A stretch of 64,000 bases of DNA from Tilletiaria anomala UBC 951. Its lineage: Eukaryota. The notes beneath the pieces were generated by a model. It did not search any database and had not been told where the DNA came from. It saw only the letters and a program-made list of their open reading frames with translations. Shown in pieces: positions 53,301-64,000 of the stretch. Where the stretch lies: contig NW_013547020.1 of the NCBI RefSeq assembly GCF_000711695.1, positions 372,001 to 436,000 of the forward strand. The letters run 5' to 3'. The translations under genes were made by a program, and so were the position numbers. The first letter of the stretch is position 1. Each line of letters opens with the position of its first letter.

Positions 53301-55307
53301 TTACATCCTATGGAGGAAAGCCAGGAGGAAGCGGATGAGAAAGTCAACTTTGAGGTCACGAACAACTGTAAGAGCGCTCGCAGGAGACACGTACCTGTAG
53401 ACACCTTGCGCATGGTGGTTCCCGTCCCAGGCCGGATGCCCGTCGCCCAAGACGGCGCTCTGCTCCCTGCCCTTCATGGCGACCTCCAATCCGAGCGCGA
53501 CGACGCTCCGTGTATCCTGTGGTCGAATGATGCCGTCGTCCCACAGCCTGGCACTGCCATAGCACGCCATGGTCTGCTCGTCGATTTGCGCCCTAAGCCC
53601 GCCGGTGCGCGCGGCATCGCTGCTGACGGTTCCCATGACCGAGCTGAGTTGCTCGCTGCCCATGACACCGATTTTGGCATTCGGCCATGTCCACAGGAAG
53701 CGCGGGCTGTACGCGCGTCCGCACATGCCGTAGTTTCCCGCACCAAACGACCCGCCGACGATGACGGTCAACTTGGGCACGTCGGCGCACGCGACGGCGC
53801 GCACCATCTTCGCGCCGTCCTTTGCAATACCTTCGCGCTCTGCGCGCGAACCGACCATGTAGCCCGTCACGTTGACGAGAAAGAGCAGTGGTATCTGGCG
53901 TTGGTTGCACAGATGGATAAAGGAGGTAACCTTCTTGGCGGACTCGCTGAACAGGATGCCGTTGTTACCGATGATGCCTATGGGCCGACCGTGGATCGAA
54001 GCGAAGCCGGTCACGACCGTTGTGCCGTACAGCTTTTTGAACTCGTGGAAGCGACTGCCATCCACGAGGCGCGAGATCACGTCACGCATCTCGAACGGCT
54101 TGCGCAGGTTCGAAGACACGATGCCGTGTAGGTCGGCGGCGGGGTACAGCGGCTCGTCGAATGTCGAGCTTGCGCAGCGTTGACTAGCATGCGATCCGCC
54201 TGCTTGGCCGAGGTTGGCGACCGCCTCTCGCGCAAGCATCAACCCGTGTGCGTCATCAATCGCGAGATGGTCTGTCACGCCGCTGACGGACGAGTGCATT
54301 TCACCTCCACCGAGCGTCTCATCGTCCACCTCCTCACCAAGCGCGGCCTTGACCAACGGGGGCCCGGCTAAGAAGATAGCGCCCTGATTGCGGACGATGA
54401 TTGTCTCGTCAGCCATACTCGGCACGTACGCTCCGCCCGCAACGCTGATGCCGTGCACGACGCTGATTTGCGGGATGCCGAGGGCGGACATTTGCGCCAT
54501 GTTGTAGAAGATACGCCCAAAGTGCTGCTCGTCCGGGAAGACGTCTGCCTGGTGTGGTAGTGCTGCGCCACCCGACTCGACAATGTAGATGCAAGGCAGG
54601 CGGTTTTCTCGCGCGATCATCTGTGCGCGCAGTTGCTTCTTGACAGAGATGGGGTAGTATGCGCCGCCTTTGACGGTCGGGTCGTTGCACACGATCATGC
54701 ACTCCACGCCGCTCACCCGCCCGATACCCGTGATGACACCGCCTGCGACAATGTCGTCTCCAGGATAAAGCCCATGTCCGGCCATACTGGAAAGCTCGAC
54801 GAAAGGTGATCCATCATCGAGCAGGTGGCCGATCCTTTGCGGTTGTAAAGGCAGCGAATGACAGAGATGGTGAGTAACCTATCGTGTGAGACACGCTGAC
54901 TAAGAAAGGCGAACGTACCTGTCCCTCGGCAGCATCTTCCCTTTGTTTATATGCCTTTGCCTCGCCTTTTCGTTCCCACCGAGCCCGATGCGCTTTGTTT
55001 CTCGATCTAGCTCGGCGACCAGCCGGTCCATCTCGGCCTTGTTCTCGAGGAACGAGTCCGAAACCTTGTCGACATTGTTCGGCAGAACAGAGAGGAATGA
55101 TTGCGGTAGAGATGTGGCACCGGCGGAGGTGACTGTTCGAGACGGTGAGGAGGTGCTGAAAAGCGCAGATGCTGGGATACGCAATGTCCAGGCGGGTGCA
55201 GGTAATGAGTAGGAGGGAGGGCAGGCTGGCCGCTTCACGTGGAGCAGCTGCCGCTGTCCGCTAGCATGTCGCCGCAGCGCGCGCAAGGATTGCCCCAACC
55301 GGATCAT
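53301..55307 (-). CDS. Methylcrotonyl-CoA carboxylase beta-type carboxyltransferase; exons 55307-54919, 54834-53395, 53307-53301
   Basis: [65 protein letters not shown]; mitochondrial presequence. Confidence 0.92.
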
Positions 55308-55747
55308 GATTTGGCCAGCGCACGTGCAGTCAGCGAGGTACCAGGCATCAGAGTCGATGGGGGCAGTCACCGGAAGAAGATGCCGTTACAATGGGGCCAG
55401 GTATGCCATGTATCATGGATATATACGAGTACTCCACACATCCTCATGCAGCTCGCTCTTTGTTGCTGGCTCCTCGGTCCGCCAGTAGCCGCGCGGTGCC
55501 TTTTCTCGTACGATAGACTCACGCGCACTTTCCGCAAGTAGTCATCGGCTCTTCACTTCGTACGAAGCCGCATGTGACGGCGGATGTTTGCTATGATACA
55601 ACATGAGATCCTGCATGTGTATATATGTGTGTGTTGAGATAAGCGGACATGTACACTTACGCAGTGAGCTGTTGTGTGCAGATCAGCATGACTGAGAGCT
55701 GCAAATGCGAGATGTAAAACCTCCGGTGCTATAGAGGTGGAGCATTT

Positions 55748-56291
55748 TCACTTTTTCCCTTTTCTCCCACTCCTCCCACCGCCACCAACCGTGCCGGGAC
55801 CTCGGAGCGGCGCTCTCTTCTTGTTCGCTGCAGAGCTGCTGGACTTGTGCTTCACCCTGCCGTCGCCTTTGCCCGCTTTTCCGTTGATCGCGTTAGTCGA
55901 CTTTTTTCGCAGGTGCTTCTTAGCTTGATGTCGCCCCGGCCGCGGGCCGGATGTGCTTAGCTTTGGTTCATCGATCGCTATGGCGTCTGTATAGTCCAAA
56001 GAGTCATCTACCTGGCCCTTCATATGCATGCAATAGGAAGCCATTTGTGCACTCACCTGCGTCAGACGTTGCTGGCGCGTCCGCCCTGATGACCGCTACT
56101 TCCGCATCACCATCTTCGTCCTCATGCGCATCCTTCTCTTCGTGGGCTTTGGGCAGCGCTTTTCGGGTGGAGAGTCGCTGCGTAATCTTGGCCATCCGTG
56201 TATCCGCAGCGATCTTGAAGGCGCTCTTTGGATCAGATCGCTTGACGGACCGAGCGGCAAGCTTAGATTTTGAGCGGAGCGACTTGGCCAT
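55748..56291 (-). CDS. DUF2423 (YBL028C-like) small basic nucleolar/pre-60S protein; intron 55987-56056
   Basis: MAKSLRSKSKLAARSVKR...RMAKITQRL N-terminus, KLSTSG, Lys-rich end. Confidence 0.75.
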
Positions 56292-56770
56292 CTTGTGCAA
56301 TGCTTTTGCGCGGTTAGATCAACCTGGATAAGGTGTGTCTTTTTCAATTCGTACTCTCTGTTCTGCTGCACCTGGATGTTGCGAGGATTATGATGCTTGC
56401 AAAGACTCGCACGAGGGATCATCTGGTCTCCGGGCTAGGTATTGGATTCAATTGTCGAACCAAAACTAAAAAGGCAGGCGACGGCGCTGAGGGGCGGAAG
56501 CGGAAAACGGAAAGCGGAAGCGCAAAATTTTCGCCAAATGTCGGTTCTCTTTGCAAACATTTCTTCGTTCTTGTTTTGTCACTCCCTCATCATTTACGCC
56601 CTTCCGACTCCTCAATCACCTTCGCAAACATGCATCTGTCATTGGTTTAGCTGTGCAGCTGCGCTTGTTGCAGGACTGAAATAATCTTGCTGGTGAGTTG
56701 AATGCGATTTGCACGACAAGTGCGGCAACAGATCGAGGGTAGGCGCGATTCTGCTCAAAGGGGTTTCAGG

Positions 56771-56940
56771 AAGAAATGATGATCAACCCTTTAGATGACG
56801 AGACTGAGGGTGCTATGTGGCGCTTCTCCTTCTGTCCTTCGGGATGGAAGGAGATCGGGAAGGCAAATCATCTATCAAATGGTGATTCTCGAATGTCGCA
56901 GGCGTCGCTGCTGTCAAACTCGGCTACCATCCTGAATTTG
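56771..56940 (+). ncRNA. Intronic box C/D snoRNA, snR75/U15-like (25S Gm2288 guide), in a TSR4 5'UTR intron (56693-57071)
   Basis: Box C ATGATGA 56776-82; guide TTAGATGACGAG 56791-802 complementary to 25S CTCGTCATCTAA; D' CTGA 56804-07; 13-bp cUUCGg hairpin 56825-54; box D CTGA 56932-35. Confidence 0.82.
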
Positions 56941-57119
56941 CTTCAACATGGTGGCTCTGGAGGATTTGGAAACATGGGTCGGCGCTTTGCTCTTTCCTAA
57001 TTTCATCCACATCGTAGTCATGCTGACAAACACGTCTCACGACAACTCTCCCATGCTGGTGTCTTGAACAGATCAACGCATGGGTCCTTCAAGAGCTCAT
57101 CGCAGCCAGTCCTATCAAG

Positions 57120-59058
57120 ATGGCTCCGGAATATGACCCAGATAGCGACTCCGATTTTTCCAGCGACGAGGCGCAAGATATTAAAGTCTACCTCGGTCTC
57201 CCAGACGGCCCTCTGGAACCTGAAGATGAGTCAAATCCACTTGTCTCCCGCGCAGGTGGACGGCCAGCTTTTCTCCCCCGTCCTATCGCATCCACATCGT
57301 CGACACGGTGGCCGCCACAACCTGAGCATGTCTCAAGCTGCAAGATCTGCGGGCGGGACATGGAAATGCTGATGCAAATCTTCGCGCCGCTTGAAGGTAG
57401 TTGCTACGATCGTACACTTTATATCTGGGGCTGTGCCAGGGCAAAGTGTCAGCGTGCCAGAGACAGTCGATGGTGAGTCAGTTTACAAGAGTTGCACTAT
57501 TTTTCTCTTTGTGGAGCTTATTCGCATTTGCAAGGAAGGAGGCGAGTGTGATGGCAAATGATTAGTGCAATTTCTTCACTTGAACTTCTTCATCGGAGAG
57601 GTCATGAAAAGGAAAACCCTTTGACAACCGAGCTTTTTAACCATGATGCCATCACACTTGTCGATGTTTCTCTCCATCGAGTGGAGATCTTGAGAAAGTA
57701 GGGCAGAATGAAGGAACCGATGACTGACATACTTCCGGATTTCCCCTGCTTGTAGTGTCCGTGCCTTTCGCACCATCACTTACAACGCTCGTTGGGCAGC
57801 CAAGCTAGAGAAGCAGAAGGCAAAAGAAGCTGCTCGCCAAGAACGACTAGCTGCGAAGGCAGACGCAAAAAAACGGGCAGCCGAGGATGCAGCAAAGAGT
57901 CAGAAGATCAACCCGTTCGCTTCAGGACCTAGCTCAACTGGAGCGGGCGGAATGTTTGGTGTTAACCCATTCACCGATTCTGAGCCCAGCTCATCATTCT
58001 CTCAAGGGACACAAGCCGATGACAGAGATGACGAACATGAGAGTGACGCAACCGACGAGGACGAGGCCGAAGACGCCGAGCTACAGTTTCGAATCGAAGA
58101 GGAGCTAGCCATCAAAGCGAGTCTAGCGGAGCAAGAGGACAAGGCCGCGGCTACCGCAGATGGACGAATAGCAGAGGTGGACCCCTGGAAGAATAAGAGA
58201 CGAGCCTACTATAAGGCACCTCAGTACGTTTCAACCATACCGGAACCGTCATCATCATCATCATTATCAGCGGCGACCACCGGAACGAAGAAAAAACGGA
58301 ATGACAACGGAACAAACGGCGGTGCAGCAGACGCGGAAGCGGGTGACGGGGCATGCCTCACCGGACCTGATGGAAAGCCGTATGCCAAGGAAGGGTACGA
58401 AAAGATGTTCCTCTCGGGAATTGACTCGGTCTTCGAGCGCTTTGTCGATCGTGTGGGCCGTTGTAGCTCTCAACTGATTCGGTACGAGTTTGGCGGAGAG
58501 CCACTGCCATTCAGCAACAAAGGAGAGACATTCAAGCGCTTTTGGCGCACGAAAGTGCAATCCCAAGCTATCGGGGCGGTAAGGTTCGATGCGGAAGCAG
58601 CGGGGACGTGCGCTGTATGCGGTTCCAAGCGTGTCTTTGAGCTGCAGCTGATGCCGAACGTCGTCAACCTGCTTCGACCGGAGGCCGTCGAGGGCGGCGA
58701 CGACGATGTCGAGGATGAAAGCGGCAACAGAACGAACAAGGCAGCCACGGCTGGTGCTGCAGCTGTGGCTGGAGCAGATGAGCAAGCGCGCAAGAGACGC
58801 GAGATCGAAGCAGCACTTGCACGTCCTATTGCTGATCCGACCGTCGCACAGGATCTTGCTGCTAGCGGCATACAACGCTCTACAGATCAGCCATCCGACC
58901 CTGCTGCTGGCCCAGACGATGCTGCCGCCAAGACCGGCCTGGCATGGAGCACCGTGCTGGTATTTGTCTGCGAGAAGGACTGCGTGGGCCCGCTCGGGAG
59001 CGATGCACTGGAACACTGCGCGGAGGAGTTGGCGGAGGTCATGTGGGAGCACGATTGA
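57120..59058 (+). CDS. TSR4: Tsr4/PDCD2-like uS5 chaperone; intron 57473-57755
   Basis: SRAGGRP, CKICG..M..LMQIFAPL..YDRTLYIWGC, VRAFR, LIRYEFGGEPL, FELQLMP, WSTVLVFVC. Confidence 0.88.
57545..57658 (+). ncRNA. Intronic box C/D snoRNA, snR47/U36-like (18S Am619 and 25S Am2220 guides)
   Basis: Perfect 12-bp terminal stem AGTGTGATGGCA/TGCCATCACACT; box C ATGATTA; guide AATTTCTTCAC + TTGA (25S GTGAAGAAATT); guide CGAGCTTTTTAAC + ATGA (18S GTTAAAAAGCTCG). Confidence 0.88.
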
Positions 59059-59229
59059 CCATGACACCTTTCATAGTGATTTTTGGTCATCAGGAGGACG
59101 GAACGTCATAAAGTTTAACTTGTAGCATATATTTGCAATGTCAGACTATATGTGCTTCCGCCCGTACCAAAGATATCTAGTATTATTGACTTCGTGTGAA
59201 TGATTGCATGTTACCATTCTTAATTTATC

Positions 59230-59890
59230 AAAACGATGTATCCCACCCTGCCATTCCGCTCCGTCAGCTCGGACACCGTGCGATCCATATGTTCCCCCTT
59301 GGTGGTCCCAGACCCCTGAAGCGCTCGCAGTGCCAAATAATAGCGTAATCACACCCGCCCAAGTGTCATTCCAGTCGAGATAGCCCGGAAACATGGCAAA
59401 AACTGGGGCCGGAAATAACTGTCCCCCGGAAACTCTGTACAGTCTTTGCGTGGAAGCGGCCGCTCGAATATTGTTCAAAGTACATCCCGAGAAATCCTCT
59501 ATACGGTCACCTCATATATTGCTTGCAACCCAGGCGAATCTGTTGAATCTGCCCCCACTTGGCCTCCAGCGAAAAAACTGGTAGTTTCCGGGGCCGCAGT
59601 CCAGAACTGGCGGCCTGTTGGGGCATTCCGAGGCCCCCATAAGATCCCGGGGAAAGAAGATCAGAAGGCACTGGGACTCCGGTGTCTACGGCAGAGCCCC
59701 TCACAGTTTCCGGGTTAACTCTAGACCTCAAGTTCGTGAATCAGTAAAAGCGCCTACCTTCCTACTCCGTCAGACTCTCCCGCACTGCGTCGCACCTTTT
59801 GGAAATAGTGTTCTTACTGAGTTGCCGTTTCCCTGGTTACAGATCGCCTGTATCACACCTTCCCCTCCCCAGGAGGCACACACAGGCTCC
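59230..59890 (-). mobile_element. Degenerate KDZ (Kyakuja-Dileera-Zisupton)-like transposase relic
   Basis: Ordered remnants: CASWGG..NGN (CxxCFG..DGNF), SPGLQ..Y, NNI..RFH (YDIxC), MFPGYLD (FHxYxH), V*LRYY (CQLxY), GSGTTKGEHMDRTVSEL at 59315-59265 (GxGxxDGExxERxxS). Confidence 0.45.
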
Positions 59891-61237
59891 CCATTTCCAT
59901 CGGGTGTCCGCTATGCTCGGAGATGCCGAGCTAATTGCGCCTGACTTGAGGGCACCTCAGCTGCAGTGCTGCTCTCAGAAATCGAAAACGTTAACAAACA
60001 AAGGAGAAAAACTTGTTGCACGTGTTTGGCATCTGGGCACTCCGCAGCTCGCGATTAACGGGCGGGGAAGCCCCTGAGCCCAATCAGTGCTGCGTGGTGC
60101 GTATACTCTGCCTTTTGGGTGGGAACGAGCCGCTTAGTCGAATGTCAGCACAGGGCGGCAGGGGACACACACCAGCGCCTCTCCTTTGCTGGGGCAGGCT
60201 GGAGCGCTGACCATGAACTCTGCTCCCATTAGCCCATTTTTCAGCTGTGAAGTTGGGTCACGTTCAGCAGGGACCTGAAGAGAGACAAAGTAAGAATCGA
60301 CGTCGAGGCGAGAGTATGCAACTGTGTGAGTCTGTGGGGTCTATGGATAGCGACAGTCTCGAAATAGCTCAAATCCCGCTGTTAATCGGCAAAAGGGGCA
60401 AAAGGGGCAACAGAGCAGAGCCGAGCAGAGCCGAGCAAGACTGCAGGGGTTAGGGATCTCTGGGGACTTGAAGGGCCTTTAGAAGATGCGAGAGTGCGGA
60501 GATTGGAGAGATACGTACCTTTCCATCTTGTGCATGTGGACACCATTTCCACATTTCGTTACATCGTGGCGAGCCGTGTGCGCTGAGTTGATGCCATGCG
60601 TTGGCCCTCCCATGTCTGCTTTCTGACATCTCTGTATATGATTGTACCGTCGCACAATCCGGCCTTAGAAACCGAGGAGTGTCCTGGACTGTCCACGGCA
60701 CAGCATTTACTCAACAGGTCAGACTGGCGAGGCAACCCGCAGGACGGCCCAACAGCATAGTAGACTGGCCACACTTACCCGCCTCTAGGAGGTCAAAACG
60801 GCTTTAGGTGAACTAAACTTGGGGTTCTCCACTTGTCCTTCCAGCTCGTTTCCCACCAATTTTCGAGGAGCCTCTCGCCTGCAAGGGTAGCGCAATATGT
60901 CCGTCTGAGATAAGAGGGTTTCCTGGTTGGTCATACTTCGAGCCCGGACGTCCCATGGCTGCGACCATCGTCAACCACATAGATATCCCTTCCTCTACTG
61001 TGGCGCAACATTCACAATCACATTGTCAACATCTCAACGAAGGGAGAACCGCCAAATTTGCGCCATTGCACTCGCATTCTCAAAGCATCAAGGTCAAAAG
61101 GTCAGGGCTACGGCAGCCGCAGCAACGGCAGGTGCACCCCAACTTGCTTGCAATAGTCACTAGACAACGCGGCATTTGGGTCTTCCCTGCATATCCATTG
61201 CCACACCCGACAACTAGGGGCGCCTTCTTCGCCCATC

Positions 61238-63282
61238 ATGCGTCTTTTTGCGAACGAATCACACGCATCTGCATTCTCGTCTCGCTGCCACACGAGGCGG
61301 CGGAGCCATGGCAGCCGGGTGGGGGAGGCATTCGTAACGGCCATGGCCCTGATTGCGAGTCTTGCGAGCGTTACGACATGTGTACAGCTAGCACCGAGAG
61401 CAACGTCCGCTTTGGGGAGCCTGCCACATAATGCAAGTTCCACAGCTCTGAGCAGCAGCAGCGCTAAAGCCACCGCTTCTGGCAGCGCGGCACCCGCAGC
61501 ATCATCCTCTGCGTCATCAGGCAGCCCGCCGAGCCTTTGCGAGATTTACACCAAACTGACCTTGGGGTCTACCACACCTGACGCGCAGTACGAATACGTT
61601 CGCCTCATCGTCAATTCCATTTTTGTGGGAAACTTTTCTAACCTCGCGAAAGGATCACAAGCGCCGACTGGAATTTTGACCAATAAGTGAGCGCTTTGGC
61701 GAGCTTCCTAATGCAAATGTGAACCCTTTTTTGACTGGGCTCGCCTCTGCCACTCCTCGTGCCTTCCTACAGCGGTCGCATTCTAAGCAGTTCAAGATAC
61801 ACAGCACCAGTAGACTTACACAAGTACTTTGATGGTACTCTGCTTTCTACGAACCGCAACAATAAGGCTGTGTCCGTCAATTTCCTCGACGGCGGAGGCC
61901 GGGACCCGCTTTTTCAGAACCAACCTGCGGTCAACAACACTTCCAACCAGTACTTCCTCATGACTCATTTATACACCTATTTTGGTGCCCTGCTCGGCTG
62001 CAGTGCTATCGGTGGAGGCACTTTCCCGCAGTACAGCGGATCGCCCTCGATGGGCTCGGTACACAAGTTCATGAACATCGGCCCAGCAGAATTCCTTTTC
62101 TTTAAAGAGCAAACAGCATACTCGCTCGTCTCATTCGGCATGGACGTTAACTCAACTGTAGAATTCCTTGGTCTTCTGGAGAACTTTGACCTGCGATGCC
62201 GCGTTCCGTTCTCGTTTCCCAATGGCGCGCCAGCCGAAAGCCAAGTGATCTGCTCCGCATCCGACTGTGGGCTCGCCCCAAACACTCAGGGGCTACAGGA
62301 TTGCACGCAGCCGGACGTCAATGGCACTCACGGCGTGGCGCCGCAAAGGGCCAGCTACATCGGCGAAGGTGCAACTGGGTCGCCTCGGAGCGGATCAGGT
62401 GCGAATGTTGGCGCCATCGCAGGAGGTATTGTTGGAGGCGTTGTGGGGCTCGCGCTAGTCGCGCTCGGCATCTTCCTGCTCATGCGCCGGCAGCGGCAGA
62501 AGAATGTCCAATGGGAGCACGATGCTGACGACCACGCGGCATCTAGGTACGGCAAGCTAGCGCCGACTGCCAACGCCTACGGAGGCGCCATGGTCGGCTC
62601 GGATGCCGGCTCGGGTAACTTCACGCAGACAGGCCTGACGGCTCCTCGCTCCATTCTCATATCGCAGAATTCCCGCCCAACCAGCCCAGATGCATTCAGC
62701 TCGTCCGCGCGGACTGGCTACTATGATCATGGCATGATTCGCAGCAACAATGGCCGTCCAGCCTCCGTGCAGTCTGCCACATCCGGCACGAGTCGCGCGA
62801 CCGGTCGCCGCGTTGGCGGCCCCGTATCAGATCAGCGTTCGATCTCAGATACGCTCGGTTCCCAGCGAGATGCCATGCCATCTGGTGCGCTGCTCGGCAA
62901 CGCACCACCGATGTACGAGCGCTACGTCTCTGCAGGCGCTGCGCGCATGGGAGACATCGACGAGCAGCGCGAGGATGCACACACCTACGCTGCTTCTCCG
63001 CCATCGTTAGCCTCACCCCAATACCAGCCGCGACAAGAGTGGCCTACGCCAGCGATCGAGGACCACCCCGGCATCTCTCACAATGAGCTTCTCGAGATTG
63101 CCCGCGATGTTGAACTGCCACCTGGGGAGACGGAGCGCCTGATCAAGGAGGCGCACGAAGCACGGGCAGCAGCGTTCGCTGCTAGGCAGCAAGGAGAGTC
63201 CAGCGGCTCTTCGGCAGTCGCCAGTGCGTCACATACCATGCCCATCCTAGACACCAAAGATGAGGCTGGTCCATCTTCATGA
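61238..63282 (+). CDS. Type I membrane protein: signal peptide, Ser/Ala linker, Cys-containing truncated-globin-like ectodomain, TM helix, disordered cytoplasmic tail; intron 61687-61772
   Basis: Hydrophobic N-terminus AFVTAMALIASLASVTTC; ectodomain ~61530-62310; TM GAIAGGIVGGVVGLALVALGIFLLM followed by RRQRQK. Confidence 0.8.
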
Positions 63283-63503
63283 GTCTCCGCACTTCATATT
63301 GCGATTTCTTTGTTTTTTCCAAACGCTCCCATGCATGACACCTTTGACGGATACACTGGAATATCCGGTTTAACGACTTTAAAATCACCCTTACGCTCGC
63401 TTATTGCAATGCTATAAAACCCCTTGCTTTAATGTATTCTTCTGTCAGATTTAGGGATGCAAGTACAACACTAGAGGTCTTGCTTGTGAAGTTCATTTTG
63501 ATG

Positions 63504-64000
63504 TTACATGTTGGAATCGACGACGCACAGCGCCTGTCCTTCTCCAATCCTGCGTAGCAAGGGAGGCGAATCTTCAGCAAACGGTAAAGATGCCATGAGG
63601 AACCGCTGCCGCAAAACTCACGTATCTCCTTCCTTGACCAACAGCCGAAGCGTGCCTGCTGAACGCGCAAGCAACTTGATTTCCGTCTTCATGCTCTCCA
63701 TCACCAGGATGCTCTCTCCTGGTTTAACACTCTGCCCGTCCTTGGCAATGAGGTGAAGGATGCGGCAGGGCATTGGAGTGGAGTATGTCGATTCTGGTGG
63801 AAGCAAAGCAGCTGATTAGCTCAAACCTGCCCTTCGCCAGTCTCGAGGCTTTCTTTCAGACTCTCACCATCAGCACTGCCGGCGGCCTGTCCCTCCTCCA
63901 ATCGACCCGCATACACTCGCAAGCTGCGCCTGATAACTTTGACTTGGCCTGCAATAGCAGGAAGCCAGAGCCAGGCAAACTGACTGCATTCTTCGTGCGC
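63504..64000 (-). CDS. 3' end of a biotin-dependent carboxylase alpha subunit (BCCP domain); exons >64000-63868, 63793-63622, 63549-63504
   Basis: STPMPCRILH...GQSVKPGESILVMESMKTEI biotinyl-lysine motif...VKEGDT^IGEGQALC; runs off the window. Confidence 0.82.

Noticed and set aside
60388..60440. Short tandem repeats (GGCAAAAGG, GCAGAGCCGA), also the G-run near 25300 and CAG/CAA runs
   Set aside because: Only 2-3 copies or simple coding polyQ; no array or spacer structure, so not CRISPR-like

Overview
Intron-rich, GC-rich eukaryotic DNA from a fungus, almost certainly a basidiomycete and probably Ustilaginomycotina (inferred from intron style, gene content and a basidiomycete-type 18S snoRNA guide). 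It holds about 18 intact protein genes: a UBA-domain protein, a Zn2Cys6 transcription factor, PPX1, MIM1, PP2A catalytic subunit, CDK8/SSN3, IMPDH, a Stealth phosphotransferase, a MAPEG GST, MRH4, PRP45, GRX5, a FIST protein, a DH-only RhoGEF, an acyl-CoA carboxylase beta subunit, DUF2423, TSR4 and a type I membrane protein, plus the 3' end of a biotinylated carboxylase alpha subunit. Features missed by the ORF track are an intron-containing tRNA-Thr(TGT); three intronic C/D snoRNAs (snR54-like in IMPDH, snR75/U15-like and snR47/U36-like in TSR4); four decayed genes (polyol dehydrogenase, WW protein, GH92 mannosidase, DUF3237); and two very degenerate transposon relics (Crypton-like and KDZ-like). 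The most novel-looking element is the type I membrane protein, whose ectodomain reads like a 2/2 truncated globin with insertions. All family assignments come from motif recognition by eye, not from database searches.
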